A DNA stretch of 64,000 nucleotides from Candidatus Rokuibacteriota bacterium (GCA_003220475.1 QHSO01000011.1:608-64607); one strand, 5' to 3'; positions 1 through 9,376 are shown, numbered from the stretch's first letter. The notes: a model not told the origin generated them from the letters alone. A program made the numbers and translations.

Positions 1-994
1 CACGTCGGGCACGACGCGGGCGCTGCCCGAGGCCGTGCGGCACACGCATCGCGCCGTCGTGACGTTGATGGTCGCCGCGCTGTACGGCGTCGGCCTCGAG
101 CCCGGCGATCGCTTCTTCTGTCCCTCGTCGCCGGCGTGGGGCCACGGCCTCTGGCACGGGACGATCGCGCCGCTCGCGCTCGGCATCCCCGTCGGCACGC
201 TCGCCGGCCGCTTCGATCCCGCGCGGTTCGCGGCGGCGCTCGACACGTTCGCGATCACCAACGTCGCCGCGGCGCCGACGGTATATCGGATGGCGCGCGG
301 GGCCGGCTGGACGCCCGCGCGCGGCCGCATCGCCAAGTGCTCGTTCACCGGCGAGCCGATGGATGGTGCGACGCGCGAGTTCCTCTCGGGCGCGCTCGGC
401 AGCGCGCCCTGCAGCATGTACGGCAGCACGGAGGTCGGCGTGGTGCTGGTCGACTATCCCGGCTTCGACGGGTATGTCGTGCGACCGGGAGCGCTCGGCT
501 CGCCGGCACCCGGCTGGGACGTCGCGGTCATCGACGACGCCGGAGTCCCCGTCGCGACGGGCGGGGTGGGCGAGATCGCCGTGCGCCGGCGCGGAACGTG
601 GTTTCCGATCAAGGACCGCGGCTGGATGGACGCCGACGGCTACGTGCACCACGCGGGTCGCTCGGACGACGTGATCATCTCCGCGGGCTGGACGATGAGC
701 GCGGTCGAGATCGAGCAGGTGTTGCTGCGACATCCCGACGTCCAGGACGCCGCGGTCGTCGCGATCACCGACGCCGCGCGAGGCCAGATCCCCAAGGCGT
801 TCGTCGTCGCCGCGCGCGCCGGTGAGGCCTTCGAGCGCGAGATCCAGGACTGGGTGAAGACGCGACTGAGCCTGCACGAGTATCCGCGGGCGGTCGAGAT
901 CGTCGACGCGCTGCCGCGCACGCCGGCGGGCAAGGTGGATCGCCGCGCCCTCCGTGCACGAGAGGCCTCATACCCCCAGGGTGGGCACAAGTGA
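1..994 (+). CDS. Acyl-CoA synthetase / AMP-binding enzyme (5' end outside window)
   Basis: Frame from base 2 reads TSGTTRALPEAVRHTH (AMP-binding motif), then YGSTE, GRSDDVI and LPRTPAGK; open from the window edge. Confidence 0.88.
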   Translation, partial: TSGTTRALPEAVRHTHRAVVTLMVAALYGVGLEPGDRFFCPSSPAWGHGLWHGTIAPLALGIPVGTLAGRFDPARFAAALDTFAITNVAAAPTVYRMARGAGWTPARGRIAKCSFTGEPMDGATREFLSGALGSAPCSMYGSTEVGVVLVDYPGFDGYVVRPGALGSPAPGWDVAVIDDAGVPVATGGVGEIAVRRRGTWFPIKDRGWMDADGYVHHAGRSDDVIISAGWTMSAVEIEQVLLRHPDVQDAAVVAITDAARGQIPKAFVVAARAGEAFEREIQDWVKTRLSLHEYPRAVEIVDALPRTPAGKVDRRALRAREASYPQGGHK

Positions 995-2061
995 AATTTC
1001 CGACCATCACCCCCGACGCGCTTGCCGCGCTCCGCGCGCGCGTCGGCCGCGAGGTGCCACGTCCGGAGCCCTACATCGAGGTGGCGACGCGCGACGCGAT
1101 CCGCCACTGGGCGCACGGCATCGGCGACCGCAACCCGCACTGGACTGCCGCCGGTATGGCGCCGCCGACCATCCTGTTCGCGATGGACCGCATCGTGTCC
1201 GGCTACGTCGGCGGCCTGCCCGGTATCCATGCGATGTATGGCGGCACCGAGTTCCGGTGGCGGCGCCCGATCCGCGAGGGCGACCGCCTCGTCGGCACGA
1301 GCGCGCTGCTGCCGCTCGAGGAGAAGCCGTCGCAGTTCGCGCGCCGCGCGATCAAGCAGACGTACCGCACGACGTTCGTGGACGACGCGGGCGCAGTGGC
1401 GGCGGACGCCGATTCGTGGTGCTTCCGCACCGAGCGCGACACCGCGCGTGAGCGGGGCCGCTACGCGCCCGTCGAGCCGCATCGCTACAGCGACGCCGAG
1501 CTCGCGCGCATCCGCGACGCCTATCGCGCCGAGTCGATCCGTGGCGCGACGCCGCGGTACTGGGAGGACGTAAAGGACGGCGAGCCACTCCCGGAGATCG
1601 TGAAGGGGCCGCTCACCGTGACGTCGATCATCGCCTTCGTGCAGGGCTGGGGCAGTCTCTACGTGCGCGCGCACGGCCTGGCCTTCGACCTCTTCGAGCG
1701 CCACCCCGCGCTGGCCATACCCAACGCCTTCGCGGTGCCCGAGCCGCCGGAGCGCGTGCACTGGGACGACGCGCTGGCGCGGGCCGTCGGCGTGCCCGCG
1801 GCGTACGACTACGGCCCCGAGCGGGTGGCGTGGCTCGGGCACATCGTGACCAACTGGATGGGCGATGCCGGCGTTCTCGCGCGGCTGGCCGTGCAGGTGC
1901 GCCGGCACAATCTCATCGGCGACACCACGTGGTGCCGTGGTCGCGTCCGCGCGCGCGGCGCCGACGGCCAGGTGACGCTCGAGCTGCAGGCCGTCAACCA
2001 ACGCGAGGAGACGATCGCCGCCGGCGAGGCGACGGTGATGTTGCCGCGTCGGCTCGCGTGA
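991..2061 (+). CDS. MaoC-like double hot-dog dehydratase
   Basis: IRHWAHGIGDRNP N-terminal MaoC motif, second hot-dog half (VHWD..A...GVP, GDT); GTGA overlap with the upstream gene. Confidence 0.8.
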   Translation: MKFPTITPDALAALRARVGREVPRPEPYIEVATRDAIRHWAHGIGDRNPHWTAAGMAPPTILFAMDRIVSGYVGGLPGIHAMYGGTEFRWRRPIREGDRLVGTSALLPLEEKPSQFARRAIKQTYRTTFVDDAGAVAADADSWCFRTERDTARERGRYAPVEPHRYSDAELARIRDAYRAESIRGATPRYWEDVKDGEPLPEIVKGPLTVTSIIAFVQGWGSLYVRAHGLAFDLFERHPALAIPNAFAVPEPPERVHWDDALARAVGVPAAYDYGPERVAWLGHIVTNWMGDAGVLARLAVQVRRHNLIGDTTWCRGRVRARGADGQVTLELQAVNQREETIAAGEATVMLPRRLA

Positions 2062-2067
2062 CGTCGC

Positions 2068-2394
2068 TCAGCGCGATTTGTCGACGCGCACGAGGTCGTA
2101 ACCGTGCGCGCGCATGCACCGGTCGATCACGCGCTGCTCGGCGGCGAGCTGCCACGCGGGATCGGGCCACGGCCCGATCCACGGACGGCGCCAGGGACCA
2201 TCCCACGGACCCCAGCCGCCCGTCGGCGACCAGGCGCCGACCGCCACCTCGTTGACGACGTCGCTCGCCTGCGAGCGGCAAAGCCGCTCGTCGCTCGCCG
2301 CCATCTGAGGCGACACGTCGGGCCGGTACCACGCGTAGGACGCGCACCCGGTGCACAGCAGCGCAGTCGCCGCGAAGACGATGATGCGTCGCAT
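2068..2394 (-). CDS. Small putative lipoprotein (108 aa)
   Basis: MRRIIVFAATALLCTGC lipobox-like start, Trp/Pro-rich middle, C-terminal CMRAHGY motif. Confidence 0.7.
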   Translation of the reverse strand: MRRIIVFAATALLCTGCASYAWYRPDVSPQMAASDERLCRSQASDVVNEVAVGAWSPTGGWGPWDGPWRRPWIGPWPDPAWQLAAEQRVIDRCMRAHGYDLVRVDKSR

Positions 2395-2426
2395 GGCACC
2401 GGATCTTTCACGCGCCATGCCAGCGA

Positions 2427-3434
2427 CTAGAGTCGCGCGACCACCTCGTCGGCGAACAGCGTAAGGATTTCTTCGCGCGCGGCGAAGCCCTTGCCCGGCG
2501 CTTGCGGAAACGCGATCACGCGCGTGAGGCCGCGCACCGCGCGCAGCCGCCCCACCTGCGCCGCGACGTCCTCGGGCGTCCCGGCCAGGGCCATGAGGTC
2601 CACCAGGCGATCGCTCACGAGCGCGCGGTGTGCCGACGCGGCGCTCGCGTGCTGGTAGGCGTCGTACGACTCGCGCACGCGCTTCATCGCGGCCTCGTCT
2701 TCGTCGGACAGGCGCACCGGCAACGGATGCCGGCACGCCGACGCGACGCGGCCGCGCGCGTGGTCGCGCGCGCGCTCGCGATCGCGGCCGATCGACATCG
2801 GCGCCCAGAGGGCGACGTCGAGGTCGTCGAGCGACCGTCCGGCCGCGCGCGCGCCGGCGGCGACACGCTCGATGGCGACACGCAGCACGTCTGGAGAAAC
2901 GGTCGCGTAGACGATGGCGCCGTCACCGAGCCGGCCGGCCGTCTCGAGCATCTTCGGACCCGAGCCCGCGAGATAGATGGGGATCGCGCGCGGCGCCTCG
3001 AGCCACGCCAGGCGGCCGTCGATGCCTGTCTCGAAGCGGGCGCTGTCGCCATGCAGCAGGCGCCGCAGGCTCGTCGCCGTCTGCGCGAGCGTCGCGGCTT
3101 TCCCGACCTCCGCCAGCGAGAGGCCCATCGTCTGGGCGCTGGAGCCGCCGGTGCCGACGCCGATCACCGTGCGTCCGGGCGCGAGATCGTGCAGCGTCGC
3201 GATCGCGCTCGCGGTGACCGAGACGTGACGCGAGTGCGGCACGGTCACCCCGGGTCCGAGCCGGATGCGCGATGTCGCCGCCGCGCACGCGCCGAGCGTC
3301 ACCCACAGCTCGCGACAGACGAGATGCGAGTCGGTGATCCACGCGGTGTCGTAGCCGAGCCGCTCGGCGAGCTGCACCTGACGCACGACGTCGGGCAGCG
3401 GCTCGGTCGCGAGGATCGCGACGTCGAACTTCAC
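2427..3434 (-). CDS. LLM-class flavin-dependent oxidoreductase (Mer-like)
   Basis: AERLGYDTAWITDSH, TSRIRLGPGVT, PIYLAGSGPKML motifs. Confidence 0.9.
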   Translation of the reverse strand: MKFDVAILATEPLPDVVRQVQLAERLGYDTAWITDSHLVCRELWVTLGACAAATSRIRLGPGVTVPHSRHVSVTASAIATLHDLAPGRTVIGVGTGGSSAQTMGLSLAEVGKAATLAQTATSLRRLLHGDSARFETGIDGRLAWLEAPRAIPIYLAGSGPKMLETAGRLGDGAIVYATVSPDVLRVAIERVAAGARAAGRSLDDLDVALWAPMSIGRDRERARDHARGRVASACRHPLPVRLSDEDEAAMKRVRESYDAYQHASAASAHRALVSDRLVDLMALAGTPEDVAAQVGRLRAVRGLTRVIAFPQAPGKGFAAREEILTLFADEVVARL

Positions 3435-3907
3435 GCAGTCGGGTGAATCGCCGAGGCGCGCTGCACCTGGTTGCGGAAGCCGACGGGATCGTGCACGCGC
3501 CGAAAGACCTCACGCGCGCCGCCGGTGCCGGTCACGACGAGATCGCCGTAGTTCAGCATGCGCCCGGACAGGCCCTGCGTGACCGAGATCGACTCGACTT
3601 TGGAGAGCAGCAGCTCGGTCGTGTACCGCGCGACGAGGCCGACCTTGAAGATCAGCCGCATGGAGGTGACGGCGAACTCGGAAGTTCGAAGCTCGATCCA
3701 GCGGACGATCCACCAGAGCGCGCCGGCCACCGCGATCGCGAGCCCGACGTACCAGAGCCACGGCGGATCGGGAATCTGCGTGAGGACTCCGGTGAGCACC
3801 ACGCCGACGAGGGTCACCAGCAGGGCCTTCAGATAGAGGATCCAGTGCAGGCGCGTCTTGTAGAGAACCCGCTCATCGGGAAGGAGATGGCGTTCGACGT
3901 AGCCCAC
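3431..3907 (-). CDS. Bacterial PH-domain (bPH_2) membrane protein
   Basis: Two TM helices then EFAVTSMRL...KVESISV.QG..GR.LNYGD..V.GTG; GTG at 3907 chosen because TAGGCT lies 7 nt upstream. Confidence 0.8.
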   Translation of the reverse strand: MGYVERHLLPDERVLYKTRLHWILYLKALLVTLVGVVLTGVLTQIPDPPWLWYVGLAIAVAGALWWIVRWIELRTSEFAVTSMRLIFKVGLVARYTTELLLSKVESISVTQGLSGRMLNYGDLVVTGTGGAREVFRRVHDPVGFRNQVQRASAIHPTA

Positions 3908-3949
3908 GCGGGCGAGCCTAGTCCCGCCCGCGTGGGCAGTCAAACGCGC

Positions 3950-4588
3950 TCAGGAGCCCTGCAGCGCCTCGTGGACGCGGCCGACCATCTTGGCGCCGGG
4001 GTTCACGAGTGTCTTGTCGCCCTCGTCCTTCCACTTCGAGGGACAGACCTCGTTGCCGCCCTTTTTCGCCATGTAGATGTTGGCCTTGAACTTCCGCAGC
4101 TGCTCCTCGATGTTGCGGCCGAGGTTGTAGAAGTTCATCTCGCTGCCCATCAGCTTACCCTCGGGATCGATGAGAAAGCTGCCGCGCAGGTCGAGGCCGT
4201 TGTCCTCGTTGTAGACGCCGAACATGCGCGAGAGCTTGCCGGTCGGATCGGCGGCCATCGTGTACTTCACGTTGGCCAGCTCCTTTTCACTCCGCTGCCA
4301 GGCCAGGTGCGTGAACTTGGTGTCCGTGCTGCACGTCACGATGTCGCACCCCATCCGCTGGAACCGCTCGTGCTGCTCTGCCAGAGCAGCGAACTCCGTC
4401 GCTCAGACGAACGTGAAGTCCGCGGGGTAGAAGAACAGCAGCGTCCAGCGCTTGTTCGCGATCTGATCGCGCAGGCGGAACGTGCCGAAGTCGCCCTTGG
4501 ACGGCTCGAACGTCTCGACGTCGAACTCGGGCACCTTCTGCCCGAGCTTGACCGGCGGCGGTGTCGTCGCCGTCATCGTTTCGGCCAT
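3950..4588 (-). CDS. ahpC: Peroxiredoxin (AhpC/Prx1) with selenocysteine at the peroxidatic site, 212 aa
   Basis: FFYPADFTFV-TGA(4403-4405)-ATEFAAL continues in frame into ORF 3950..4354; resolving EVCP motif retained; RBS before ATG 4588; hairpin downstream of TGA. Confidence 0.9.
4372..4390 (-). promoter_or_regulatory. Putative bacterial SECIS hairpin of the peroxiredoxin
   Basis: GCTGCTCT-GGC-AGAGCAGC perfect 8-bp stem starting 13 nt after the in-frame TGA; G-rich apical loop. Confidence 0.7.
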
Positions 4589-5079
4589 GTCGCTCTCCCT
4601 TCGTGCTGAGGTGAACTGCCGACCCGACGCCGGCCGCGGCACGCGGCGCAGCGTCCGAAGATTTCCACCGAGTGACCCGCCGCCTCGAAGCCGTGGCGCG
4701 CGGCCGCCGCCGCCGCCGGCTGCGCCGCCGCCTCCAGCCGCGGCTCGGTGACGTCCGTCACGGTGCCGCACGTGGTGCAGACCAGATGGTGATGCGGCTC
4801 GAGGTTGGCGTCCCAGCGGCCGCGCGCGCCCAGCCGCGAGACCGGCCGGACGGCGCCGATGCGCGCCAGCGTGTCGAGCGTCTTGTAGACCGTGGCCAGC
4901 GACAGCGTCGGCATCTCGCGACGGACCGCGGCGTGCAGCTGTTCGGCGCTCGGGTGGCGCTCGGTCGCCGCCAGCCGGCGGAAGATCGCGAGTCGCTGCG
5001 GGGTCACCGCGATGCCGGCGGCGCGGCAGCGCGCCAGGAACGGATCGAGAGGGTCGCGGTCGAGCGGGCGGTGGCGCAC
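4573..5079 (-). CDS. Fur-family peroxide-responsive regulator (PerR-like)
   Basis: TPQRLAI, HPSAE, SLATVYKTL, RWDAN, HHHLVCTTCG and CxxC; directly upstream of the peroxiredoxin. Confidence 0.88.
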   Translation of the reverse strand: MRHRPLDRDPLDPFLARCRAAGIAVTPQRLAIFRRLAATERHPSAEQLHAAVRREMPTLSLATVYKTLDTLARIGAVRPVSRLGARGRWDANLEPHHHLVCTTCGTVTDVTEPRLEAAAQPAAAAAARHGFEAAGHSVEIFGRCAACRGRRRVGSSPQHEGRATWPKR

Positions 5080-5085
5080 GGAGAA

Positions 5086-5113
5086 AGTTTATCGGCCGAG
5101 AATTTGTTGTCAA
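5086..5113 (-). promoter_or_regulatory. Sigma70-type promoter, leaderless, for the perR-ahpC operon
   Basis: TTGACA-N16-TAAACT, then 6 nt to the GTG start at 5079. Confidence 0.7.
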
Positions 5114-5224
5114 ACGATCGTCAAGCCGCCTTCGCCCCGCGCGCTCGGACGGGACTTGCGCGACGCGCCCGTCCGAGGCTAGCGTATCGGCACCGTGCTC
5201 TCAGGAGGTGTGGCTATAACGTCC

Positions 5225-5938
5225 GTGACCCGGCGCCAGCTTCTCACGCTCGCCGCCGGCGCTGCTGCGCTGGCGCTGGCGCCGCGCGTCGCCTACGCTC
5301 AGGGCATGATCCCCCCGGGCGAGACCGACGTGCTGGCCGTGATCGACGTCCAGAACTGCTTCGTGCCCGGCGGCACGCTGCCCGTGCCCGAGGGCGACAC
5401 GATCATCCCGATCATCAACTGTCTGGCACCGGCGTTCCGCCACGTGGTCATCACGCAGGACTGGCACACCAGGGGCCACGTCTCGTTCGCGTCGAGCCAT
5501 CCCGGCAAGAAGCCGTTCGAGACGACGAGCCTGTCTTACGGCACGCAGGTGCTGTGGCCGGATCACGGCATCCAGGGCACACCGGACGCCGAGCTGCACA
5601 AGGACCTCGAGATCCCGCACGCCGAGCTGATCATCCGCAAGGGTTATCGGCAGCACGTCGACTCCTGCTCCGCGTTTCTCGAGGCGGACCGGCAGACGAA
5701 GACCGGGCTGACCGGTTACCTCAAGGAGCGCGGGCTGACCCGCGTCTTCTTCGTCGGTCTTGCCACCGACTTCTGCGTCGCGTGGTCGGCGCTCGACGCG
5801 CGCAAGGCGGGGTTCGAGGCGGTGGTGATCGAGGACGCCACGCGCGGTATCGACGCGGGCGGCTCGCTCGGCAAGGCGTGGGCGGACATGACGGGCGCGG
5901 GCGTGAAGCGCATTCAATCGGCAGATATCCGCGTATAG
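5225..5938 (+). CDS. pncA: Nicotinamidase/pyrazinamidase with twin-arginine-like signal peptide
   Basis: DVQNCF..GG.L, TQDWH, WPDH, RKG, GLATDFCV motifs; N-terminal TRRQLL plus hydrophobic stretch and AYA; start could be 5195-5225. Confidence 0.85.
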   Translation: MTRRQLLTLAAGAAALALAPRVAYAQGMIPPGETDVLAVIDVQNCFVPGGTLPVPEGDTIIPIINCLAPAFRHVVITQDWHTRGHVSFASSHPGKKPFETTSLSYGTQVLWPDHGIQGTPDAELHKDLEIPHAELIIRKGYRQHVDSCSAFLEADRQTKTGLTGYLKERGLTRVFFVGLATDFCVAWSALDARKAGFEAVVIEDATRGIDAGGSLGKAWADMTGAGVKRIQSADIRV

Positions 5939-5987
5939 CGGAGATTCGCATCGAGCGGACATTCGTGTGTCAACGGAGGTCATTGTG

Positions 5988-6113
5988 ATGGATCCCGAGA
6001 TGAGCGAGCGACTGCAGGTGTTGCTGAGGCAGACCGAAGCGGACGTCATCGCCGACTGGAACTGGCCCCGCTGGCGTCCCGAGGAAGAGGATCTCGGTCA
6101 GGCCGGCGAGTAG
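5988..6113 (+). CDS. Small unannotated acidic protein (41 aa)
   Basis: GGAGG RBS then MDPEMSERLQVLLRQTEADVIADWNWPRWRPEEEDLGQAGE*; fills the pncA-ku gap. Confidence 0.55.
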   Translation: MDPEMSERLQVLLRQTEADVIADWNWPRWRPEEEDLGQAGE

Positions 6114-6126
6114 CACCCCGCATCGC

Positions 6127-6141
6127 TGGCATTGGCGTTGC
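6127..6141 (+). promoter_or_regulatory. Sigma54 (-24/-12) promoter for ku
   Basis: TGGCAT-N5-TTGC, 13 nt before ATG 6155. Confidence 0.6.
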
Positions 6142-6154
6142 TGCTGAGTGACGC

Positions 6155-7039
6155 ATGGCCAGGCATGCGTCGCGACGCCATGGGCGGGAGCAGGACAATG
6201 GCCACGGCCGTCACTCGGGGCCGCGTGCGATGTGGAAAGGCGCGCTCACGTTCGGACTGGTGACCGTGCCCGTCGCGCTCCACGCCGCCACCGAGCGCAA
6301 GAACGAGCTGACCTTTCGCCTCCTGCACGCCAAGGACGAGAGCCCGATCGACTACAAGCGGTTCTGTGAGGAGGAAGGCGTGGAGGTTCCCTGGCGCGAG
6401 ATCGTCAAGGGCTACGAGCTCGCGAAGGGCCGCTACGTGGTGGTGACCGACGAGGATTTCGACAAGGCGCGTGTGAAGGCGACGCAGACCTTCGAGATCC
6501 GTGACTTCGTGCCCGCCGACGCGATCGACGACCTCTACTTCGATCATCCGTATTATCTGGCGCCGGCGGGGCCGGGCGCGGCGAAACCGTACGCGCTGCT
6601 GCGCGATGCGCTCGACAAGAGCGGCCGCGTCGGCGTCGGCACGATCGTGCTGCGGCAGCGCGAGCATCTCGCGTCCGTGGCGCCGTCGGGCGAGGCGCTC
6701 GTGCTCACCACGATGCGCTGGGCGTACGAGATCCGCTCGGCGTCCGGGCTCGGCCTGCCGGGTCGGACGGCCACGCGCGATCGCCGCGAGCTGGATCTGG
6801 CGCTGCAGCTCGTCGACACGCTCGCCGGCGAGTGGAATCCGCGCCGTTACACGGACACCTATCACGACGTGCTGATGGACGTCATCCGGCGCAAGGCGGC
6901 CGGCAAGGAGACGCGCGCGCCGAAGGCCGAGCGGCCGGCGAAGGTGCGCAGTCTCATGAGCGCGCTCGAGGCCAGCCTGCGTGAGCGCCCCCCCGGCGCC
7001 AAGGCCGCGGGCCGACGCCCGGTACGCCGCGCGGCCTGA
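6155..7039 (+). CDS. ku: Non-homologous end-joining protein Ku
   Basis: RAMWKGALTFGLVTVPV, IVKGYE, YFDHPYYLAP, KPYALLRDAL, basic C-terminal tail. Confidence 0.95.
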   Translation: MARHASRRHGREQDNGHGRHSGPRAMWKGALTFGLVTVPVALHAATERKNELTFRLLHAKDESPIDYKRFCEEEGVEVPWREIVKGYELAKGRYVVVTDEDFDKARVKATQTFEIRDFVPADAIDDLYFDHPYYLAPAGPGAAKPYALLRDALDKSGRVGVGTIVLRQREHLASVAPSGEALVLTTMRWAYEIRSASGLGLPGRTATRDRRELDLALQLVDTLAGEWNPRRYTDTYHDVLMDVIRRKAAGKETRAPKAERPAKVRSLMSALEASLRERPPGAKAAGRRPVRRAA

Positions 7040-7086
7040 TCCGCTCTCTCGTTCGCCGTCGCCCGCTGTAGTAGTCTGCCAGCCCG

Positions 7087-7884
7087 ATGATCCGGCTCGC
7101 CGAACGCACGTGGCGCGAGGCGGCGCGGCTCGCGGCCGATCCGCGCAGCGTCGTGCTGTTGCCGCTCGGCGCCATCGAGCAGCACGGACCGCACTTGCCG
7201 CTGCTCGTGGACTGGCTCGGCGCCGAGGAGCTCGCGCGCCGAGTCGCGCCCCACCTGCGCCGCGCGGGGTTCCGGCCTCTGCTGCTGCCGGGCCTTCCCT
7301 ATGGGGCCAGTCCGCTCGCGCGCGGTTTCGCCGGCACGATCGGGCTGTCGACGCGCACGCTGGTCGCCCTCGTGACCGAGATCCTCGGCGCGCTGACGAC
7401 GCAGGGCTTTCGTCGCTTCGTGCTCGCCAACTACCAGGCGGATCCCGCGCATCTCGTGGCGATGGCGCGCATCAAGCGACGACTCGAGCGGCGCGCCGGC
7501 GTGCGCGTGCTCTTCGCCGGCTTCGCGCCCACGCCCCGCGCGCAGCGCGCGATGACGGACGCGCGAGTCACGCGGCTGCTGCGAAGCCCCGCGCCCGCGC
7601 GCGAGTGGCATGCGGGCGAGCTCGAGACGGCGCTGGTGCTGGCCACGCGCCCGAGGCTGGTGCGTCGGCGGCTCGCCCGCCGGCTGCCGGCGCACTGGAT
7701 CGACGTTCGCGGCGCCCTCGACACGTGCACGACCTTCGGCGAGATGGATGCGAGCGGTCGCGGCTACTTCGGCTGGCCGGCGGCCGCGCGCGCCGTCACC
7801 GGTCGTCGAGCGCTCGCCTTGCGCGCTCGGCTCCTCGCCCGCGCGTTGCTGGCCGAGCTCGGCGCGCCGCTCAGGAAGCGATGA
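7087..7884 (+). CDS. Creatininase/creatinine amidohydrolase family protein
   Basis: LPLGAIEQHGPHLPL..D, FAGTI, HAGELET motifs. Confidence 0.85.
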   Translation: MIRLAERTWREAARLAADPRSVVLLPLGAIEQHGPHLPLLVDWLGAEELARRVAPHLRRAGFRPLLLPGLPYGASPLARGFAGTIGLSTRTLVALVTEILGALTTQGFRRFVLANYQADPAHLVAMARIKRRLERRAGVRVLFAGFAPTPRAQRAMTDARVTRLLRSPAPAREWHAGELETALVLATRPRLVRRRLARRLPAHWIDVRGALDTCTTFGEMDASGRGYFGWPAAARAVTGRRALALRARLLARALLAELGAPLRKR

Positions 7885-8443
7885 GCCGGCCGCGCAGACG
7901 CTCGACCTGCTCCGCGAACGGGACGCCGCCGCGATCGGTCATCGGCGTCTTGTCCGCGAGGCCCGTGTGCAGCTCGACCAGGATGGGGCCTTCCTCGCGC
8001 AGCAGGGAAGGCAGCCGACGCTGGAGCTCGGCGACGTCGGTGATGGCGTACGCCGCGCGATAGCCGGCGCCCTTGGCCATCTGCACGAAGTCGACACCGC
8101 CGCCGCCCGGAATCTCCTGCGCGCCCGATGTGTGATAGACGCCGTTCTTGAACAGGAAGTGGACGAGATTGCGCGGCGCCGCGCCCGCGACCGTCGCCAG
8201 CGAGCCGAGCTGCATCAGCAGCGAGCCGTCGCCGTCGAACACGAGCACGCGCCGGTCCGGTCGCGCCAGCGCCAGCCCCAGCCCGAGCGACGACGCGCCG
8301 CCCATGAAGCCCACGCATCCGACCGACTGGTCGTCGGGCGCGAGCGTGCGCCACGCCGGCGCCGTCGTCATCGTCGGCACGCACAGCGCATCGCCGCGCG
8401 CGGCGGCGATCGCGCGCAGCGCTTCCTCGGGCTTCATGGCCAT
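7871..8443 (-). CDS. TPP-dependent decarboxylase beta subunit (sulfopyruvate/phosphonopyruvate decarboxylase-like)
   Basis: GFMGGASSLGLGLALA, GDGSLLM...N TPP-binding motif; coupled to the alpha subunit. Confidence 0.82.
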   Translation of the reverse strand: MAMKPEEALRAIAAARGDALCVPTMTTAPAWRTLAPDDQSVGCVGFMGGASSLGLGLALARPDRRVLVFDGDGSLLMQLGSLATVAGAAPRNLVHFLFKNGVYHTSGAQEIPGGGGVDFVQMAKGAGYRAAYAITDVAELQRRLPSLLREEGPILVELHTGLADKTPMTDRGGVPFAEQVERLRGRLIAS

Positions 8444-9000
8444 CACGCGGTCTCCAGGCCGACGAGCACCGCGGCCGGCCCGCGGCGTTTTTGCGCGAGG
8501 CGGTAGTATTCCGGGATGAAGCGCACGTCGTCGGGCCCCTCGAGCCTCGCGTGCGGCACGCCGAACAGGTCGAGCAACGGCTCGCAATAGCGCACCATCG
8601 AGTGACGCGACTCGCGCGGCTCCTTGTCCTTCTCGCGCTGCAGGAGGCCGATCATGTAGAAGATCGGTACGCGACCGTCCATGGCCACGCCGCGCAGCGT
8701 GTTGACCGACGCGTACAGGCCCGCATGCTGGATCATCAGCGCGAACGGCTCGCCGCCCATCCACAACCCCGCCGCGATCGCGTTGGCCTCGTCCTCCGTC
8801 GAGCACGTCAGCACCCGCAGCGTGCGCTCCTTGTCGAGCGCGGCCAGCACGCTCTTCTGGTGCGTGTCCGGAACGCTGAGGATCCAGCCGAGGTGGTCGT
8901 GGCGCGGGCGCACACCCTCGGCGGCGAGCGAGGCGCGTGCCTCGCGAAACGTGTCCTTGAGCGTGTCGATGATGAGCGGCGCGGGAATCGATTCGGGCAT
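8443..9000 (-). CDS. TPP-dependent decarboxylase alpha subunit (ComD-like)
   Basis: SVPD, STEDEANAIAAG, LMIQHAGL..SVN motifs; MPESIP start at 9000. Confidence 0.78.
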   Translation of the reverse strand: MPESIPAPLIIDTLKDTFREARASLAAEGVRPRHDHLGWILSVPDTHQKSVLAALDKERTLRVLTCSTEDEANAIAAGLWMGGEPFALMIQHAGLYASVNTLRGVAMDGRVPIFYMIGLLQREKDKEPRESRHSMVRYCEPLLDLFGVPHARLEGPDDVRFIPEYYRLAQKRRGPAAVLVGLETA

Positions 9001-9059
9001 CGGGCCCTCCGCAAGCGAAGTGGGCCCGATTCTACCCTGAAACCCGCGCCGCCCCGCCG

Positions 9060-9347
9060 CTACCGCGTGGTGTCTGGGGTGACGACGACTGCGGGCGGCA
9101 CCGAATAATAGCCAGGAACGCTCGCCGAGCCGGCCGCGTCGCTGTGCTGGGCCAGCGGCGCATCGGTGTTCGGCGAGACCAGCACCGGCGAGTCCGGCGA
9201 CGGCGGCGAAGCCGACCAGACGGGCGATGCCGACGGGTATGCCGACGTGTCCGGGTAGTACGACGTGTCTCTGGTCGCGGTGGACGCGCAGCCGGCGACC
9301 GCTGCCGTCAGCGCGAGCGTAAGAGCGACAAAAAGAAACTTCCTCAT
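9060..9347 (-). CDS. Small Ser/Pro-rich lipoprotein (95 aa)
   Basis: GGAGG RBS, MRKFLFVALTLALTAAVAGC lipobox. Confidence 0.7.
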   Translation of the reverse strand: MRKFLFVALTLALTAAVAGCASTATRDTSYYPDTSAYPSASPVWSASPPSPDSPVLVSPNTDAPLAQHSDAAGSASVPGYYSVPPAVVVTPDTTR

Positions 9348-9376
9348 TGCAAGCACCTCCACGTGGCGACGACGGT

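Noticed and set aside
2408-2422. TGGCAT-N5-GTGA upstream of the first lipoprotein as a sigma54 site
   Set aside because: The -12 element is GA rather than GC; too weak to call.
5948-5973. GCATCG...GTGTCAA upstream of the 41-aa ORF, similar to the ECF motif of the bufferin locus
   Set aside because: Spacer is 13 nt rather than 15, so it was not counted in the regulon.
7087-7884. Creatininase as mycofactocin peptidase MftE
   Set aside because: No mftA/B/C genes nearby; only the family-level call is supported.
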